NCBI GenBank assembly: GCA_049889795.1
Contig: JBMHCS010000003.1
Location: 101,149 to 165,148 of the forward strand
DNA: 64,000 nucleotides
Origin: Candidatus Puniceispirillaceae bacterium
GTDB lineage: Bacteria > Pseudomonadota > Alphaproteobacteria > Puniceispirillales > Puniceispirillaceae
Direction of reading: 5' to 3'
In this document: in pieces, positions 49,617-59,430 of the stretch
Layout: each line of letters opens with the position of its first letter
Position numbering within the stretch: the first letter of the stretch is position 1
Notes under the pieces: generated by a model
The model's database searches: none
What the model was told of the DNA's origin: nothing
Seen by the model: the letters and a program-made list of their open reading frames with translations, nothing else
Translations under genes and position numbers: made by a program

Positions 49617-50711
49617 ATGACTGACAGCCACATACGCTATGGAATCATCGGCTGCGGCATGATGGGGCGGGAGCATATTCGCAACATCAGCCTGATTGAT
49701 AACACCAGTATAACCGCCATTTACGAACCGGATTTGCAGATGCAACAGGCCGCCGCCGAACTGGCGCCCGCTGCTGTCTTTGCCGATGATATCGCGTCTT
49801 TTGTGGGACGCGACGATATCGATGCGGTTGTCATCGCCTCGCCAAATTTTCTGCATATCGACCAGATTGAAGCGCTGATGGCGCGGCCGCGGCCCTTGCT
49901 GGTGGAAAAACCGCTCTACACCGATCCGGCACAAGCCAAGAGGCTGGCCGCCATCTCATCCGGCTATGGCGCGCCGGTGTGGGTGGCGATGGAATATCGC
50001 TATATGCCGGCCATCCGGCGGCTTGCCGAGGAAATTCCCGCAGCCACCGGTGATCTGAAAATGCTCACCATCAGCGAACACCGCTTTCCATTTCTCGAGA
50101 AAATCGGCGATTGGAACAGGTTTAACCACAATACCGGCGGGACGCTGGTTGAGAAATGCTGCCATTTCTTTGACCTGATGCGGCTGATTACCGGCGGCGA
50201 GGCGGTGCGGGTCATGGCCTCGGCCGGGCAGGCGGTCAACCATCTTGATGAACGCTATGACGGCAGAGTTCCGGATATATGGGACCATGGCTTTGTGATT
50301 GTCGATTTTGACAATGGCAAACGCGCCATGCTGGAACTGTGCATGTTTGCCGAGGGGTCCCGCTATCAGGAAAAGATTTCGGCGATTGGCACCGATGGCA
50401 TGGTCGATGCCTTTGTGCCGGGCCCAACGCGGTTCTGGCCGACGCATGCAGGCCCCCCACCCGTTGCCGAGCTGGTGATATCCCCGCGCACAATGCAGGG
50501 TATGCGGCGTGAACCCATTGATGTTGACCCGACATTGCTGGCCGCCGGCGACCATAACGGGTCAACCTTCTACCAGCATGAACGCTTTGCCGATGTGGTA
50601 CGCGGCCATGGTCATGTCGAGGTCAGCCTTGACGATGGCGCAAAGGCGGTCGCCATTGGTCTGGCCGCCCAGGAAAGCGCGGCAACGGGCACCGCTATTT
50701 CGCTCGGCTAG
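49617..50711 (+). CDS. sqgA: Gfo/Idh/MocA protein, probable NAD+-dependent sulfoquinovosidase (GH188)
   Basis: YGIIGCGMMG.EH..NI, EKP, AMEYRYMP, EHRFPFL.K.GDWNRF...TGGT.VEKCCHFFDLM, GDHNGST; located in an smo cluster lacking GH31. Confidence 0.78.
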   Translation: MTDSHIRYGIIGCGMMGREHIRNISLIDNTSITAIYEPDLQMQQAAAELAPAAVFADDIASFVGRDDIDAVVIASPNFLHIDQIEALMARPRPLLVEKPLYTDPAQAKRLAAISSGYGAPVWVAMEYRYMPAIRRLAEEIPAATGDLKMLTISEHRFPFLEKIGDWNRFNHNTGGTLVEKCCHFFDLMRLITGGEAVRVMASAGQAVNHLDERYDGRVPDIWDHGFVIVDFDNGKRAMLELCMFAEGSRYQEKISAIGTDGMVDAFVPGPTRFWPTHAGPPPVAELVISPRTMQGMRREPIDVDPTLLAAGDHNGSTFYQHERFADVVRGHGHVEVSLDDGAKAVAIGLAAQESAATGTAISLG

Positions 50712-50727
50712 ACGCTGGCAGTGCCCC

Positions 50728-51192
50728 TCAGGCGATCACCTTGCCGGGCACCCAGCAATAGCCTTCAAGATCCAGCAGATAGCACTCGCGCAACCCGTGC
50801 GGCTTGTCGGTCGGCGGTTGCAGAATGTGCCATCCCGCCACCTCGGCCCGGCGTGTGGCAGCATCCGGGTCCATGTCGAACAGCCGGAATTCCGCACCGG
50901 CGCCGCGCGCCCCGACATCTGGTAGCAATGACGATAGCGGGTTGGCATGATAGGTGGCATCGGCATGCAGCTGGATGATCAACGACTTTGCCACCTGCGG
51001 GCCAGCGATGATGGCATAGTCATCATTTGCCCGTATCACCCGCATCTCCAGCACCGATGCTATGCTCTCTGCCAGCGGAATCACCCGTCGGCATAAAAGG
51101 TTCAGCCCAAAACCGCGCAACGCCCGGCCAACCTCTGCAGCTTCCATATGTTGCATCGCGTCAGCTGCGATATCTTCGGTCATAATGTCCAT
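50728..51192 (-). CDS. VOC/glyoxalase-family protein
   Basis: G.GLNLL, QLHAD.TY, RGAGAE.RL...DPD, DKPHGLRE.YL.D.EGYCWVP. Confidence 0.75.
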   Translation of the reverse strand: MDIMTEDIAADAMQHMEAAEVGRALRGFGLNLLCRRVIPLAESIASVLEMRVIRANDDYAIIAGPQVAKSLIIQLHADATYHANPLSSLLPDVGARGAGAEFRLFDMDPDAATRRAEVAGWHILQPPTDKPHGLRECYLLDLEGYCWVPGKVIA

Positions 51193-51312
51193 GGCAACCC
51201 CGTTCTGTCAGGAGGTGAAATCCAGGTCATCATGAAACCGGCAAGTAACAAGCTGGGTCAACACGCAGCATGGACAAGGACCATCCGGCCTGACAGTAAT
51301 GGAGGCATGACA

Positions 51313-51882
51313 ATGGCTGCATCATGGCGTCACCGCCTCACCATCCTTTGCGCAGCATTTCTGCTGCTTCTGCCGGGTGCCGGCAATGCGCAGGCTGAAC
51401 CGGTCCGCAATGCCGTCGACGCCATTGACGCCGATATCCTTTTCATGCGGCACGCGCTGGCCCCGGGCTTTGGCGACCCGGCGCATTTCCGGATCGATGA
51501 CTGCATGACGCAGCGCAATCTTGATGATCAAGGGCGGGCACAGGCGCGTGCCATCGGCGCCTATTTCCGCCGCCACGACATCCAGCCGGATATCATTCTT
51601 TCCAGCGAATGGTGCCGGTGCCGCGACACCGCCACCGAGATGGATATTGGCACGGCTGTGCCATTTGCCGGGCTGAATTCCTTTTTTGACGGGCATGTGG
51701 ACCGCACGGCCACGCTGGCGATGCTGCGCAACCGGATGCAACAGATTGAAACCGGCCAGCTGGTGTTGATGGTCACCCATCAGGTCGTGATCAGCGCCAT
51801 TACCGGAATCGCCCCGCGTAGTGGCGGGATTATCGCCTATAACAGCCGCACCGATAGCGCCCGACGCATCACCCTGCCCTGA
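51313..51882 (+). CDS. Secreted histidine phosphatase family protein
   Basis: GGAGG RBS; signal peptide; MRHALAPG.GDP, C.TQRNL, SS.WCRC..TA, VTHQV. Confidence 0.85.
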   Translation: MAASWRHRLTILCAAFLLLLPGAGNAQAEPVRNAVDAIDADILFMRHALAPGFGDPAHFRIDDCMTQRNLDDQGRAQARAIGAYFRRHDIQPDIILSSEWCRCRDTATEMDIGTAVPFAGLNSFFDGHVDRTATLAMLRNRMQQIETGQLVLMVTHQVVISAITGIAPRSGGIIAYNSRTDSARRITLP

Positions 51883-51891
51883 CGGGGCACA

Positions 51892-53538
51892 TCACCCTGC
51901 TTCCTTTACTTTGGGCATGCGGATTTTAGGCATGCGGATATAATCCCAGGGCGAGGGAAATTCGCCAACAGGCACCTCGATCAAATTCGGGCCGGTTTGG
52001 GCCACCGCCTCGGCAAGCGCTGTCTGCAATGCATCAGGGCTGTCTGCCTGCACCGCGCTGACCCCGCAGGCTTTTGCCAGCGCCACAAAATCCGGGCTGG
52101 TCAGGTCAGAGGCGATAAAACGGCCATCGAAATTATCCCGCTGGATGCCGCGTACATTGCCAAAGGCATTGTCATTCATCACGATGATATTGACCGGGAT
52201 ATTGTGATGTTTGGCGGTTGCCAGTTCGGCAATCGCAAACATCGCGCCGCCATCGCCGGAGACCGATACCACCGGCACATCAGGCCGCGCATGCGCCGCC
52301 CCTATGGCCGAAGCAATACCCCAGCCGAGCGTGCCCTGATACCCGGTTGACAAAAACCGCCGCGGCGCGCTGACCGGAAAGGCAAAGCGCGACACATAGC
52401 CGATCTGCGTCAGCTCATCGACAAACAGCCCGTCCTCCGGCAAGGCCGACCGAATGGCCTGCAGCCAGCCAAGCTGGGGCGCCAGTGTCGCGTCAATTTC
52501 GGCAGAAACCGCCGCCTTTACCGCGGCAATACGGGCACGCCAGGCAGCACGGTCCGGGCCAGCATTGCTAAGGGCAGCACTGATTCGCGGCACCGCATCA
52601 CCCAGATCGCCAACAAGTTTCAGCGTCGGTGCCGGTCCGCGATCGGGAACCGCAGGATCAATGTCGATATGCAGGATCTTCAGCGCGTCATCGACGCCCC
52701 ATTCCATTTTCTGCACGGTCAGGCGCGTGCCAAGCCCGATAACCAGATCGCAGTCAGGCCACAGCTTGTACCCCTGCGGCATTGACAACGCCTCTGCCGC
52801 GGCGGAATCAACAACCCCGTGGCCGGTGCGGAACGCCATGACCCCGGCACCTGTCTGGGCGGCCAACTGCCGCACAGCATCGCTATGGTCCTGCGCGCCG
52901 CCGCCAACAACAATCAGGGGACGCTCAGCCCCTGCAATCAGCGCCGCAGCAGCGGCAATATCGTCATCCGTGAGTGATGGAACAGGCGCGGCGCTGCTGG
53001 GCTGAACCGCATCAATGCCGCTATCCTGCGCCCAAATATCGGCCGGCACTTCGACCCCGACCGGGCCCGGACAGCCCGACAGCATGGTGGTCCAGGCATT
53101 GGAAAAGGCGGCTGGCGCCTCTGCGCCCTGTGTCACGCTGATGGCCGATTTTGTCAGCTGCGCCATGATTTCGCGTTGTCCGCTGATTTCATGCAGCAAC
53201 CCGAACCCCTTGCCGACGGCGCGCGAAGGAATCTGCCCGATCAACGCAAAAAGCGGCGCGTTCAGCGCCTGCGCCGTACAGAGCGCCGCACAACCATTCA
53301 GAAACCCCGGCCCCGGCACCAGACAAAAGGCCTGCGGCCGACCGGTCGCCAGCGCTGCGCCAAGCGCCATATAGGTAGCGCCCTGTTCATGGCGGGCCTG
53401 AACCGGTTGCAGCCTGTCCGTGTGATCATAAAGGGCATTGAAAAACGGGTCATTCTGTACGCCGGGGACGCAATATAGCGTGTCGATCCCATTTGCGATC
53501 AGTGATTCAACTGCCAGTTCGGCGACATTCAGCCCCAT
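51892..53538 (-). CDS. ThDP-dependent enzyme (acetolactate synthase-like family)
   Basis: PGVQND, RHEQGA.YMA, PGPG, QGTLGW, GDGG.MF...EL.T, N...GNV. Confidence 0.88.
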   Translation of the reverse strand: MGLNVAELAVESLIANGIDTLYCVPGVQNDPFFNALYDHTDRLQPVQARHEQGATYMALGAALATGRPQAFCLVPGPGFLNGCAALCTAQALNAPLFALIGQIPSRAVGKGFGLLHEISGQREIMAQLTKSAISVTQGAEAPAAFSNAWTTMLSGCPGPVGVEVPADIWAQDSGIDAVQPSSAAPVPSLTDDDIAAAAALIAGAERPLIVVGGGAQDHSDAVRQLAAQTGAGVMAFRTGHGVVDSAAAEALSMPQGYKLWPDCDLVIGLGTRLTVQKMEWGVDDALKILHIDIDPAVPDRGPAPTLKLVGDLGDAVPRISAALSNAGPDRAAWRARIAAVKAAVSAEIDATLAPQLGWLQAIRSALPEDGLFVDELTQIGYVSRFAFPVSAPRRFLSTGYQGTLGWGIASAIGAAHARPDVPVVSVSGDGGAMFAIAELATAKHHNIPVNIIVMNDNAFGNVRGIQRDNFDGRFIASDLTSPDFVALAKACGVSAVQADSPDALQTALAEAVAQTGPNLIEVPVGEFPSPWDYIRMPKIRMPKVKEAG

Positions 53539-53718
53539 TCTTGCGTTTCCCTTGCTGGTTCCAGATGGCCGCTCTGCGCTATCTGCGCGCGCTGCCAGAT
53601 CATGAAACCATCAGTAACCGTCGCAAACAAATCATGCAATGCTGCCGGGAACCACGGCGAAACATTGACGACGCCCCCCGCAATCCGGCAAGAATCACAC
53701 AGATAGGACAAAGGGCAC

Positions 53719-53785
53719 AAAAAAAGGACCGGCCATGGCCGGTCCAGTTTCACAGAGGGAGAAACATGTCACAGGCTGAAGACTG
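53719..53785 (-). ncRNA. Candidate MmgR/suhB (alpha-r8)-like small RNA
   Basis: Minus strand UGUUUCUCCCUCUGUGAAACUGGACCGGCC-AU-GGCCGGUCC-U7: anti-SD core plus an intrinsic terminator with no minus-strand CDS upstream. 5' end approximate. Confidence 0.55.
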
Positions 53786-53797
53786 GCAGCAGAGCTT

Positions 53798-53814
53798 GGC
53801 ACCAAAATGGTACA
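53798..53814. promoter_or_regulatory. NtrC-like binding site
   Basis: GGCACCA-aaa-TGGTACA versus consensus TGCACCA-N3-TGGTGCA (two mismatches). Confidence 0.5.
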
Positions 53815-53840
53815 ATTATGGTCATTAGGAGGCAGCAAAA

Positions 53841-54371
53841 ATGAGTGATATTTCCCCTATCGACGGGCCGGTACTGGAAACGGAACGGCTGGTATTGCGC
53901 CCACCTACTGGCGATGACTACCCCGGATTTCGTGACCTCATCATGTCTGAGCGTGGCCGTTTCATCGGCGGTCCGCTGGAAGATGAAGGCCGTGCCTGGC
54001 GTGCATTTGCATCCATCATCGGCCATTGGCACATGTGCGGATATGGCACCTTCACCATTACCGATGCCCAAAGCGGCACACCGCTTGGTGTATGCGGACA
54101 CTGGCACCCGGCGGGATGGCCCGCGTTGGAACTCGGCTGGAGCCTGTTTGACGGACAGGAAGGAAAAGGCATCGCAGTCGAGGCAGCGATGGCGATCCGC
54201 GATTACAGCTTTCTGGAGATGAATATTGACCGCATCTTCAGCTTTATCGACCCGCGCAATCACCGGTCGGTTGCTGTGGCAAAGGCTATTGGCGGCGTCC
54301 TTGACGCGGATGCCGCCACACCGGGTGAGGATACGCAGGCATGGCGGCATGATCGCCCGCATAATCTCTAG
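53841..54371 (+). CDS. GNAT acetyltransferase (RimJ/RimL-like)
   Basis: AGGAGG RBS; LETERL.LR, GHW...GYG, ELGW, EGKGIA.EAA, I.P.N.RS..VA..IG. Confidence 0.9.
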   Translation: MSDISPIDGPVLETERLVLRPPTGDDYPGFRDLIMSERGRFIGGPLEDEGRAWRAFASIIGHWHMCGYGTFTITDAQSGTPLGVCGHWHPAGWPALELGWSLFDGQEGKGIAVEAAMAIRDYSFLEMNIDRIFSFIDPRNHRSVAVAKAIGGVLDADAATPGEDTQAWRHDRPHNL

Positions 54372-54418
54372 CCTGCCGCGGCTGATTAAGGCACGCAAAG
54401 GGGCTGGAAACAAAGGGT

Positions 54419-54448
54419 CTTGAATCAGGGTCACCATCTTCCCAAATA
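54419..54448 (+). promoter_or_regulatory. RpoH (sigma32)-type promoter of ibpA
   Basis: CTTGAA-N16-CCCAAATA upstream of a small heat-shock gene. Confidence 0.65.
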
Positions 54449-54454
54449 CACTTG

Positions 54455-54549
54455 GTAACGCCGAAACGGGTTACACATATGTCAAACTTCGCCATCTTGC
54501 CTTGCAGGGAGATGGCACCAGACTCGCTTTTGAAAAGGAGACGATGATG
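54455..54549 (+). promoter_or_regulatory. ROSE-like RNA thermometer
   Basis: Two hairpins (54455-74, 54491-516), then a hairpin in which UCGCU (54524-28) faces the AAGGAG SD. Confidence 0.7.
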
Positions 54550-54981
54550 ACGCTGTTTACCAGCCCTATGGCCCGCCAGTTTGTGGGCTTCGACACCCTG
54601 TTTGACGAGCTGAACAAGCTGTCAGACCGCAAAGAGCCAAATTACCCCGCCTATAACATTGCCAAGGATGATGACGAGCATTATCGCATCGAAGTGGCCC
54701 TGGCCGGCTTTTCTGCTGATGATATTTCGCTGCAGACCGAAAAAGGTGTGCTGACGATCGAGGCGCAGAAAGCTGATGATGGCGGCAACTATATCCATCA
54801 GGGGATTGCCGCGCGCGCCTTTTCCAAGATGTTCCGTCTTGCCGAATATATGAAGGTGAATGACGCACAATTCGTTGACGGGATCCTGACCATCTTCCTG
54901 CAGCGCGAAATTCCCGAGGCGGACAAGCCAAAGCAGATCAGCATCAGCACCAAGCAGAAGAAACTGATCAAAGCTGCCTGA
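54547..54981 (+). CDS. ibpA: Small heat shock protein
   Basis: GFD.LF, NYP.YNI, YRIE.ALAGF, Y.HQGIA.R.F...F.LA, A...DG.L.I.L.REIPE..KP..I.I. Confidence 0.93.
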   Translation: MTLFTSPMARQFVGFDTLFDELNKLSDRKEPNYPAYNIAKDDDEHYRIEVALAGFSADDISLQTEKGVLTIEAQKADDGGNYIHQGIAARAFSKMFRLAEYMKVNDAQFVDGILTIFLQREIPEADKPKQISISTKQKKLIKAA

Positions 54982-55035
54982 TACACCAATGCTGCGGCAT
55001 CGGGTGGTATCATCCGGTGCCGTGACAGGATGACA

Positions 55036-55067
55036 GGGTGGTGGCCAGAACGGCCGCCACCTTTTTT
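55036..55067 (+). terminator. Intrinsic terminator after ibpA
   Basis: ggtggtggcc-agaac-ggccgccacc-T6. Confidence 0.85.
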
Positions 55068-55252
55068 GTACCTGCAACAGACACCCAGCGCCCGGATAAC
55101 GGGTCCCGAATCCATCTATGCCTGAAACTGCCTTTGCATTATCGGCCTTTAAGGAGCAGGCTTTGACAGCGGGGTTCACGCGGCATAATGCGCAGGCGCC
55201 GATCTCGCAGGCCGCTATTCTGTTGCGGCATGGATAGGGGGATGATCGAGAA

Positions 55253-56461
55253 ATGGAACAGAGCTTTTCACCAAGCCGGCGCGACCTTCTGGCCGCCATT
55301 ATCGCAGGATGTATGGTCGCATTCATCGGGTTCGGATTTGCCGCAAGTTTTGGTGTGTTTCTGCGTCCCATGTCGGTTGACCTGTCCTGGCCACGGGAAA
55401 TCTTTTCGCTATCCATTGCATTGCAAGCGCTGTTCTGGGGGTTTACCCAACCACTGGCCGGCATGGTGGCCGACCGTTACGGGTCGGCGCGGGTGCTTGC
55501 GCTGGGGGCCATTTTCGCGGCAGCAGGGTTTTTTCTTCGTGGCACGATCGTTGACCCGACGGTCTTCATCGCATCGGGTGTGATTGTCGGCATCGGCACA
55601 GGTGCCTGTTCCTTTCCCGTTGTGATTATTGCCCTTGGCAAAGTCGTATCCGCCCGCCAACGCAGCCTGGTTCTCGGGCTGGGCACGGCAGCGGCATCAA
55701 CAGGCATGCTTGTCGCCGCACCCCTTTCGCAATTCCTGCTGGCGAATGGCGGCTGGGAAACGGCCATACATGTCATTGCGTTTGGCTTTCTGACAATTCT
55801 GCCCTTTCTCTATTTTATCGGCCGGGTATCCATGCCGTCGGCGAAATCCAATCATACGGCAGGTATTCTGCCCGCCATCCGGCTGGCCTTTACCGATCAG
55901 GCCTATCTGCTTTTGTTTTTCGGCTTTTTCGTATGTGGTTTTCACGTCAATTTCATCCAGACGCACCTGCCGGCCTATATCGTGGATAGCGGGCTGGCAG
56001 TGGTTGTTGGCGGCTGGTCACTCGCACTGATCGGGCTGTTCAATATTGCCGGGTCTTTCCTGTCTGGCTGGTCCGGGCAGGTGCTGCCGAAAAAGAATGT
56101 ACTTGCCGGCATCTATGGCGCGCGGGCGGTTGTGATCCTGATCTTTATCCTGACGCCGATGTCGCCGCTTTCGGTCTATGTCTTTTCGGCCGCGATGGGT
56201 GTTCTCTGGTTGTCCACGGTACCGTTGACGACGGGGTTGGTAGCGCAGACACAAGGGCTGACCTATCTGTCGACATTGGCGGGGTTTGTGTTTCTCAGCC
56301 ACCAGACAGGCGCCTTTATTGGCACCTGGCTTGGCGGGCGCGTGTTTGATATCTATCAGGATTATCAGCCGATATGGATTGCATCGATCATTCTTGGCAT
56401 TGTCGCGATGATCATTCACCTGCCCATTCGCGAAACACCAAGACAAGCAGCAACCTCATAA
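55253..56461 (+). CDS. MFS transporter
   Basis: G..ADRYG motif A; GFFVCGFH..FI.THLP, LWLSTVPLT, F.SHQ.G.F.G.WLGG. Confidence 0.9.
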   Translation: MEQSFSPSRRDLLAAIIAGCMVAFIGFGFAASFGVFLRPMSVDLSWPREIFSLSIALQALFWGFTQPLAGMVADRYGSARVLALGAIFAAAGFFLRGTIVDPTVFIASGVIVGIGTGACSFPVVIIALGKVVSARQRSLVLGLGTAAASTGMLVAAPLSQFLLANGGWETAIHVIAFGFLTILPFLYFIGRVSMPSAKSNHTAGILPAIRLAFTDQAYLLLFFGFFVCGFHVNFIQTHLPAYIVDSGLAVVVGGWSLALIGLFNIAGSFLSGWSGQVLPKKNVLAGIYGARAVVILIFILTPMSPLSVYVFSAAMGVLWLSTVPLTTGLVAQTQGLTYLSTLAGFVFLSHQTGAFIGTWLGGRVFDIYQDYQPIWIASIILGIVAMIIHLPIRETPRQAATS

Positions 56462-56478
56462 TCAGAAAACCGACCCGC

Positions 56479-57657
56479 ATGCGCTACCCCACAATCGCGC
56501 TTTCCTTTCTTGCCGCCGTCAATGCCTTTGCCATTGATGTGTCAACGCCGGTGCTGCCGGCGGCGGCGGCGGCGCTAAATGTTGAAATCGGCCTGATGCA
56601 GCTGACCATCGGGCTCTACATGCTTGGCTATGCTATCGGCCAGATTCCGATCGGGCTGATGGGGGATTATTTCGGCCGACGAATCACCGTCATCATTTCC
56701 CTGATCATCTTTATTCTGGCGGGGTTTGTGGCGGCAACGGCATCAAGCGTGGAATTGCTGCTGGCAATGCGGTTTGTGCAAGGGGTGTCCGGTGCAGCCG
56801 GCGCGGTGATTGCGCGTGCCATCGCGCGTGATATCACAACCGGTGCGGGCACTGGCAGGTTGTTGGGGCTGATGACCGCAACATTGGGCGGGGTGATGAT
56901 TGTCGGCCCTCTCATCGGCGCTGTGCTTCTTGATCTGACGGGCTGGTGGGGGCCTTTCATGGCATCGGCTGTATTTGGTTTCCTTGCGCTTATGCTATTA
57001 TTGACAGGCATTGAGGAAACACTGAAACATCGTCCCGATGGCACCCTTGGCGCCCGCTTTATTGAGGGTATGACTGCTTTTCGCAACAGCCCGCAAGCGC
57101 GTTTGAGCGCCCTGCTGATCGCCTTTGCCTTTTGTATCCTGATGGCTTTTGTCACCTTGGCATCAGAGGTTTTCATCCGTCAATTCGCCATGGGCGAGAT
57201 GGGATATGCGGTGATTTTCGCCATCGCGTCGGCGGGTTACATGCTGGGCGGACTGGCCTGCCGTCGCCTTGTCAGCCAGATGTCTACCATCAACCTGGCC
57301 CGCATCACGGTGGCCGGTTTCAGCGCGGTGGGGTTGGCATCCCTGCTGTTGTTGCCGGTCTCTGCCGGTCATCCTGCCGCGCTCTCCATCCTGATGATCG
57401 CCTCTTTCTGCTGTATCGGGGCGATGCTGAGTGTTGCCGCAACGCTCGCGCTGGAAGCCCTGCCACGCAACGCCGGAATGGCATCGGGGATCATGGGATC
57501 TTTTCAGATTCTGGTTGGTGCCTGCTTTTCGGCGGGCCTGAGCCTTGTTCAGGCCGATTCACTGGTGATCCTGCATCTGTCGGTAGGCGGATGTGCAGCC
57601 CTTATGGCGGTGACCGCCTTGGCAACACGGCGCTTGACATCAAATACTGCACGGTAA
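56479..57657 (+). CDS. MFS drug efflux transporter (Bcr/CflA-like)
   Basis: AID...P.LP, G..GD.FGRR, RFVQG, ARAIARD, GP.IG. Confidence 0.85.
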   Translation: MRYPTIALSFLAAVNAFAIDVSTPVLPAAAAALNVEIGLMQLTIGLYMLGYAIGQIPIGLMGDYFGRRITVIISLIIFILAGFVAATASSVELLLAMRFVQGVSGAAGAVIARAIARDITTGAGTGRLLGLMTATLGGVMIVGPLIGAVLLDLTGWWGPFMASAVFGFLALMLLLTGIEETLKHRPDGTLGARFIEGMTAFRNSPQARLSALLIAFAFCILMAFVTLASEVFIRQFAMGEMGYAVIFAIASAGYMLGGLACRRLVSQMSTINLARITVAGFSAVGLASLLLLPVSAGHPAALSILMIASFCCIGAMLSVAATLALEALPRNAGMASGIMGSFQILVGACFSAGLSLVQADSLVILHLSVGGCAALMAVTALATRRLTSNTAR

Positions 57658-57701
57658 TAAGCCGCGATAGACACACGTCATCACATAGTAGTGCCGAGAT
57701 C

Positions 57702-59279
57702 ATGCCACTGCAGATTACCCTTGGCGAATTGCTGCACCAGCTTGCGCATGAGCATATGGACCGCCCTGCCATCACAATGGCAGAAAGCGGAGAGACAATT
57801 TCCTATATCCAGTTTGAACGGCTGGTGAACCGCGTCGCACACGGCTTTCAGTCCCTGCCGCATGCCGGTAATGGCTATGTCGGAATCATGCATGAGAATG
57901 CCATCAGCTATCTGGCAATGGCCTATGCGCTGAAGAAACTGGGTCGCGTCGAAGTATCGATAAACCGCGCGTTTCGGGGGGCGGCCCTGACGCGGATGAT
58001 CAACCTGACAGAATGCCAGCTGCTGATGACATCGCAGCAGCATCTTGATGCTCTTGCTGCGGTGGTTGATGACCTGCCGCATCTTCGAGCGCTGATCCTG
58101 ACCAGCGGCCACAACGCGGCAAAACGCCGATTCCCGCATCTGAAGATTATTGATTTCGAACAAATGCAGTCATCTGATGAATGTCACATCGCCTCGACTG
58201 CCCATGACACCGATCTGGCAACCATCATGTTCACCTCGGGAACGACCGGTGTGTCCAAAGGGTGTCGGCTGTCACATCGCTATGCTGTGCGCACGGCAGA
58301 GAACATGATCAAACCCTTTCACCTGACCGCAGAGGATGTGAATTATACGCCTTACCCCCTCTCGCATGTCGGGCCTGCCTATTATGATATTCTGCCAAGC
58401 CTGATGACTGGCGGGCGGGTGGTGTTGCGCGATCATTTCAGCCTGACCCGCTTTTGGCCAGAAATCATCCGCCACAAGGTGACCTGGTTTATGTGCCTTG
58501 GCTCGGTACAACAGCTGTTATATGCCGCACCGCCATCCCCGCTTGAAAAGCAGCATCATGTCACGCGCGCCTGGGCAACGCCCGCGCCCGTACCAAAGGC
58601 TGATTTTGACAGGCGTTTCGGGTTGCATCTTTTACCCGGCGGCGGTTACGGCTCGACCGATGCGGGGTGGGTCGTCACACCGCAATGGGATCATGCTGGC
58701 GGGATTGTGCTGCCGCATTATGAAGTGGCCATCATGGATGATCATGATAATCCGTTGCCCGCCGGCGAGAAAGGCGAAGTGGTCATTCGCCCGCGTGAAG
58801 CCGGGATCATGGCTGACGGCTATTTCGGCATGCCGCAGGAAACGCTGAAAGCACAGCGCAATCTGTGGTTCCACACTGGTGATATCGGCTGGCTGGATGC
58901 AGACGGGCTATTCTACTTTTCCTGCCGCATGTCAGAACGCATCCGGGTAAAGGGCGAAATGGTCTCGGCATTCGAAGTTGAAGAAGGCGTGCTCACACTT
59001 GAAGGCATCGAGGATGCGGCCGCCATCGGCATTGCGGCGGCGCATGGCGAGGAAGATATCAAACTGTTTGTCACAGTGAAGCCCGGATACCGCCTCGATG
59101 AAGCCGCCATCGACGCGCATTGTCGAAACGTCATGGCAAAATTCATGGTGCCGGTCGAGATCGAGATTTGTGACAGCCTGCCGCGCACCCCCACCGGCAA
59201 GGTTGAAAAGGCACGACTGACCGAAGCACATAGCCAGCACGCAGCCGGCCACGTGCCCGATCCATCACCGACACGGTGA
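57702..59279 (+). CDS. ATP-dependent acyl-CoA ligase (CaiC-like)
   Basis: IMFTSGTTG.SKG, YGSTD, WFHTGD, IRVKGE.VS.FEVE, LPRTPTGKV.K. Start at MPLQITL. Confidence 0.88.
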   Translation: MPLQITLGELLHQLAHEHMDRPAITMAESGETISYIQFERLVNRVAHGFQSLPHAGNGYVGIMHENAISYLAMAYALKKLGRVEVSINRAFRGAALTRMINLTECQLLMTSQQHLDALAAVVDDLPHLRALILTSGHNAAKRRFPHLKIIDFEQMQSSDECHIASTAHDTDLATIMFTSGTTGVSKGCRLSHRYAVRTAENMIKPFHLTAEDVNYTPYPLSHVGPAYYDILPSLMTGGRVVLRDHFSLTRFWPEIIRHKVTWFMCLGSVQQLLYAAPPSPLEKQHHVTRAWATPAPVPKADFDRRFGLHLLPGGGYGSTDAGWVVTPQWDHAGGIVLPHYEVAIMDDHDNPLPAGEKGEVVIRPREAGIMADGYFGMPQETLKAQRNLWFHTGDIGWLDADGLFYFSCRMSERIRVKGEMVSAFEVEEGVLTLEGIEDAAAIGIAAAHGEEDIKLFVTVKPGYRLDEAAIDAHCRNVMAKFMVPVEIEICDSLPRTPTGKVEKARLTEAHSQHAAGHVPDPSPTR

Positions 59280-59283
59280 CCGG

Positions 59284-59430
59284 TTAGTCGTTCGTAGCCG
59301 GCGCCTTGGCAGCCTGCTTTGCCTCATAGGCCTCTTTTTTGGCGGCGTAGTCGGCCTCGCTCAGCTTGTGCCAGCCAATACATTGTTCTGTTGGCGATCT
59401 ACCACAGCCACAGTTCCGTCCTTCAGACAT
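59284..59430 (-). CDS. Unannotated 48-aa microprotein with a CDGSH-like Cys3His motif
   Basis: GGAGG RBS 5 nt before ATG; MSEGRNCGCGRSPTEQCIGWHKLSEADYAAKKEAYEAKQAAKAPATND*; divergent from LysR. Confidence 0.8.
   Translation of the reverse strand: MSEGRNCGCGRSPTEQCIGWHKLSEADYAAKKEAYEAKQAAKAPATND

Noticed and set aside
51892-53538. ThDP enzyme as sulfoacetaldehyde acetyltransferase (Xsc) completing the DHPS route
   Set aside because: It lacks the Xsc N-terminal signature (EAFV..L..HG....FGI.GSA) and looks like a generic ALS-like family member.
57132-57701. 715-aa ORF suggesting an N-terminally extended or fused CoA ligase
   Set aside because: The extension overlaps the MFS gene in another frame and is not protein-like; ligase homology begins at ATG 57702.
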